From Bugula neritina (lineage: Eukaryota > Animalia > Bryozoa), in NCBI GenBank assembly GCA_964035545.1, contig OZ037771.1:4103628-4167627 (forward strand): DNA of 64,000 nucleotides. Direction: 5' to 3'. Under the pieces are notes generated by a model. That model was not told the DNA's origin. It worked only from the letters and a program-made list of their open reading frames with translations, and did not search any database. Positions 51,911 to 64,000 of this stretch are shown here, piece after piece; position 1 is the stretch's first letter, and the number at the start of each line of letters is the position of its first letter. Both the position numbers and the translations under genes were made by a program.

Positions 51911-54900
51911 CCTCTTCGCCACAGTTATCATGATCTGCTAGTTTGTGTGGTCTGCTGTTGACTTAGAGGTAATGACTGTCAACCTGTATCAGTCAAAGTA
52001 TATTCTACACTGCCTACAGTTTGGGGCGTACTGAGTCAGTCCCTGTAATCCTCACTATCAATGTAATGGTGCTCTGGCACTTCTGTAGCACTTTTTAAAA
52101 GTTAGTCAAATTATTTTTGACAAAATGTCTAAACTAAGGGTTTGTTATGAGAATTTCCGCACTGTTTTTGCACATCTGGTGAATTTCATTGAACTGCGGC
52201 TGCTCACCATTAGGATGTATGCAGGATTCTTCAAAATATTTCTTTTATATAAACTTGCAGCAGTATTTCTTGTACATACGCTCACTGCCCACCTCACACA
52301 CTGGACAATGCCACTGTAGCTGGGAGTTATCTACTCATTCTTATACAGTGGATTATTTTCATGTAACATTGTGTATATTTGTATATATTTATTTGTTTGA
52401 AAGTATTACAGTATTGTCTGCATACTTGTTAGTTTTATTAGTACAGTTTCCAGTTAACTATGTATGCTATATATATGTATATTGCATATACATATATAAT
52501 ACTGTGCATTATAACTGTATGTGATAAAACTTTGTCATATGTCATATATTCCAAACACTAGTTTTATATTTGCAGCAGTTATTGTAACTTGCAATGTTTT
52601 GTATCATACTGTTTAGTGTCCGCAGTAGCAGCAGTTTGATCAAAATATTGTTCTCCCTCTCAGTGGTTTATATAAACTGTATATATTTATTTGAAATCAT
52701 GTTTTCCACAAGCAAATTAAAGCGCTTCTGCTTGCAATACAACACAAGTATTTTTCAAAACTTGATTACAACCGAGTTTGGTATGAATTTGTGTTTCAAA
52801 ATACTATATGAATAAGATATGAACTCAGATGATGAGCTTTTATATTTTGTCATACTATGTTTTACTTTAATGGAAATATTATGTCTTTAAAAAAATATTT
52901 AGTTTTTTCCATAAACACGTTGGTTACTAAGACTACACATATTTGTGGCAATAGCATACAGTAAACTTGGCTGGCTGAATCGGGGTGCTCCCTACTGAAT
53001 ATTTACGATGAACACGGACTACAAATGTTTACTTCTTCGGGGATGCAACTAAAAGCTTTTTTAGAATTATCTTCTTTATAAAAAATATTCATGTTTACCC
53101 CGATATCATAACCGTAAAATTTATAAGTGGAAACGGACATGGCGAAAATTATGCATGGGTGAAGTAAAAAATTTCATAGCTGCGATGATGGAGTCTTTTG
53201 TTGGGAATTACTGGAGGAGCTGTATTTATATTGGACAAAATCTATTAAACTAAATCATAATTCATCGAAACTTCCCTTACCAATCATTCAATGTAATTGG
53301 CCAAAACATTGAATGTGGATTTGGGGAACCTGTATTGCATATCAATGAAATAGACTATTTTTATTGATCAGACATAAGTGGTCACCTGAGTAGAGATAGC
53401 TTTAGCTCTTGTTATTTTCTTCCGCTGTGTTTCAAGCAGTCCTTAAACTCCCGGCTTTCATACAATACACACTAATGTCATCTCTGCTAGTGTATTGGGC
53501 AGTAATTGTTTTATCAACCAAGTTATTTACCCCATTATTGACAGCAATAATTACCATACTTGTGTAGAGGAGCTGACAGTTTTTATTTGTGTTAATGATT
53601 TTATATAAGAAATTGTATAGCCTAATGTTGTGATGTGTTGGTAAAAGCTAAAAGCTGATAATGTAAAGGAAACTGTACTCATTATCAATTGTTTAATATT
53701 ATTGATTATTAGGTCGTCCATGTTGCATAGGTATACAATGTAGTACATAGTATTCAAATATATATATACTAGTCTAGTGTATATATTCAAGTGGGGATAG
53801 TCCAGGAGTTAGTGTTACATACTGTGAATTCTCTACTCTTCCAAGAAGCTAATTCTTGCCTATTTAATTTAATTTGATATTTTAGTTATTTTGATAGTTT
53901 CCATTCTCAGACGTCTGAATTATATACTGATATAAAATAGACTTAGAGGTAAGATTTATTTTTCTTCTCATTTAGAGTTAATCTGAGTAACAGTACTATT
54001 ATGATGTGTCATTGTTATGGATTCGCTTTAATAAAACCTTCAGGAAACTCGTAAGCAGAATTTATTTCCGATCGTTTTGTAGTAATTTATAATTTACCAA
54101 AGGCTACACACATGCAAAGCTTCTGTGACATTCTCCAATAGCTCTATAGTTGATTGAAGTACTTGTGCATATTTAATACAAGATTATGAAACATTATTTT
54201 AATTGAGTTGATATTACTAGCAAAGTGCTGTTAACATTTGTGGCAGTCTCTGTTTATTTGTAAGGTCATCGTTATATATATATATAGTCACAATATTTGT
54301 TAGATAAGCACTAAAAAAGTGGGTTGTTTTACAAATAAGAAGAAAGTTGCTGCTAGGTATATTGCCCATCTGTTGAGAAAGTGTGCATAACTTTGAATAA
54401 ACATCAGGAGGGAATGTGGACATCCGTAAATTTAGCCAGGTTTGTATTTTTCCTTTCTAATTATTAACTTTAAAAAGGTAGTTTGAGGACAAATATTGTA
54501 TAATAAATGTTTCTCAGGAAAAGTAACTTGAAGGCGGCTTTGACAATTGTAACTTGTAAGTAAGGCTTGATAACTCAGTTTTGCCTAATTATTTCAAGTT
54601 AGAGAACTAGTTATTTTTACCTTTTATACCAACTTTGGTGACAGAATTCTAAAGACCACAGGAGACTTGCACTTTGACATTCAAATACAAATCTTGTGTT
54701 ATAGTTTTCAGATGGCAACTAAGAGCATTTTCACTTGAAATTAGTAAAACTAATTGTATTGGTGATTAAATCTTATGAAATATTAGTTTTGGTAATATAC
54801 AGCTCTGGCTTTATTTCATAATGTCTATATGTGCATTCTGTTGCTTTATGATACTGGGCTGCAGGAAATCTGTGTGTAAAAAATTGTTTTCTGCCAGTAA

Positions 54901-55896
54901 GGTTGAAGCTGTAAATATCTAAGTAAGACCTTCACACTGGCCACCATATACTAAAACATACCAAGTTGTAATATCAGCTCCACTTTTTTTACAACTTTGC
55001 CTAATAACAATTTCTATTTTACTAGAACTATATTCCATCAAAATTGGTTGATGTGGTAAAGAACCCATCAACTCAAACATGCCAAAACAGATTGAAATCT
55101 AAACTAATGGTTGCTACACATTTTCAATTTTGAAGACACAGAAAATAGTGACAGTCAGACATATCTTATATAGACCATAGTTTATATACTGTGCAGGTTA
55201 TACTAATATATTCACATCGTTTATCAATATGAATAAGCTGAATTGTGATCAATACTTTGTATAAAATAGGTGATGTGATATTGACAGAGCTATACATTGA
55301 CCAACAGTTGACTTCAGGTAAGTCTACTGCAGATTTATTCATCTTGATTAACAAGCCGTTAACTTATGCTTCTGTTGTGACAGATTATTCTAGTAGAACT
55401 CAAATCTCACAATCTAAAACCTTTAGAGTTCCCTGTAATTCGGGCTTATAGGTTTTAGCTTGTAAACTTCTGAGAACATGAACATCTGCAGTTAGCAGAC
55501 ATGCTGTATTGTAGTCTGAATAGTTTCACATAGTTCCAAGACCCTGTTGTGAGACCACAAATAACAGAAAGTATAATTACAACACATTGTTCAGGCCCAA
55601 GCTACAATGTATAATAACAGGTGTTACTTGCTAGTATATAGTATACTTAATCAATAACATGGCAAATGTTGCATTTACCTAAAGTCTTACCTTTTCTCTA
55701 CCTGTGCTTGTAGCTCATACTGTAGTCACGTAGAATTATTACGTTAAGTATATTAAGTAAATCAACTTTCCCTGCATACTCGGGGCTAGTTGTTATGGCA
55801 GGAAAGCAATTATATGGAGCACCTTTAATTAGGACTGTAACTCAATCTTGTAATTATTGAGGTTTATTGAATATTTTTAACCTGTCTCAGAGTAAG

Positions 55897-64000
<8,104 letters not shown>

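Overview
AT-rich, intron-rich, gene-dense metazoan (invertebrate-like) genomic DNA; no prokaryotic features. Exons were assembled by hand from splice signals and reading phase. Left to right: the 3' end of a divergent TM9SF (nonaspanin) paralog; a minus-strand orphan gene with internally duplicated exons; canonical TM9SF2; a single-exon small single-pass membrane ORF; riboflavin kinase; an extended SDR (DFR/GRE2-like) fused to long acidic tails with a MARCKS-like basic patch; KIF-binding protein (minus strand) head-to-head with MED4; and the 5' half (domains I-II) of a Cav2 calcium channel alpha1 gene with two U12-type introns. Non-coding sequence holds three MITE-like families, a perfect 205-bp palindrome between (TA)n tracts, a tRNA-like remnant and many intronic minisatellites. 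Most notable: a 7x tandem duplication of a Cav2 splice acceptor in which six of the seven AGs lead to an immediate stop; minisatellites repeatedly abutting 3' splice sites; degenerate 6-bp-periodic tracts at the 5' ends of housekeeping genes; and the SDR/MARCKS-like fusion that depends on a GC donor. No database searches were possible.
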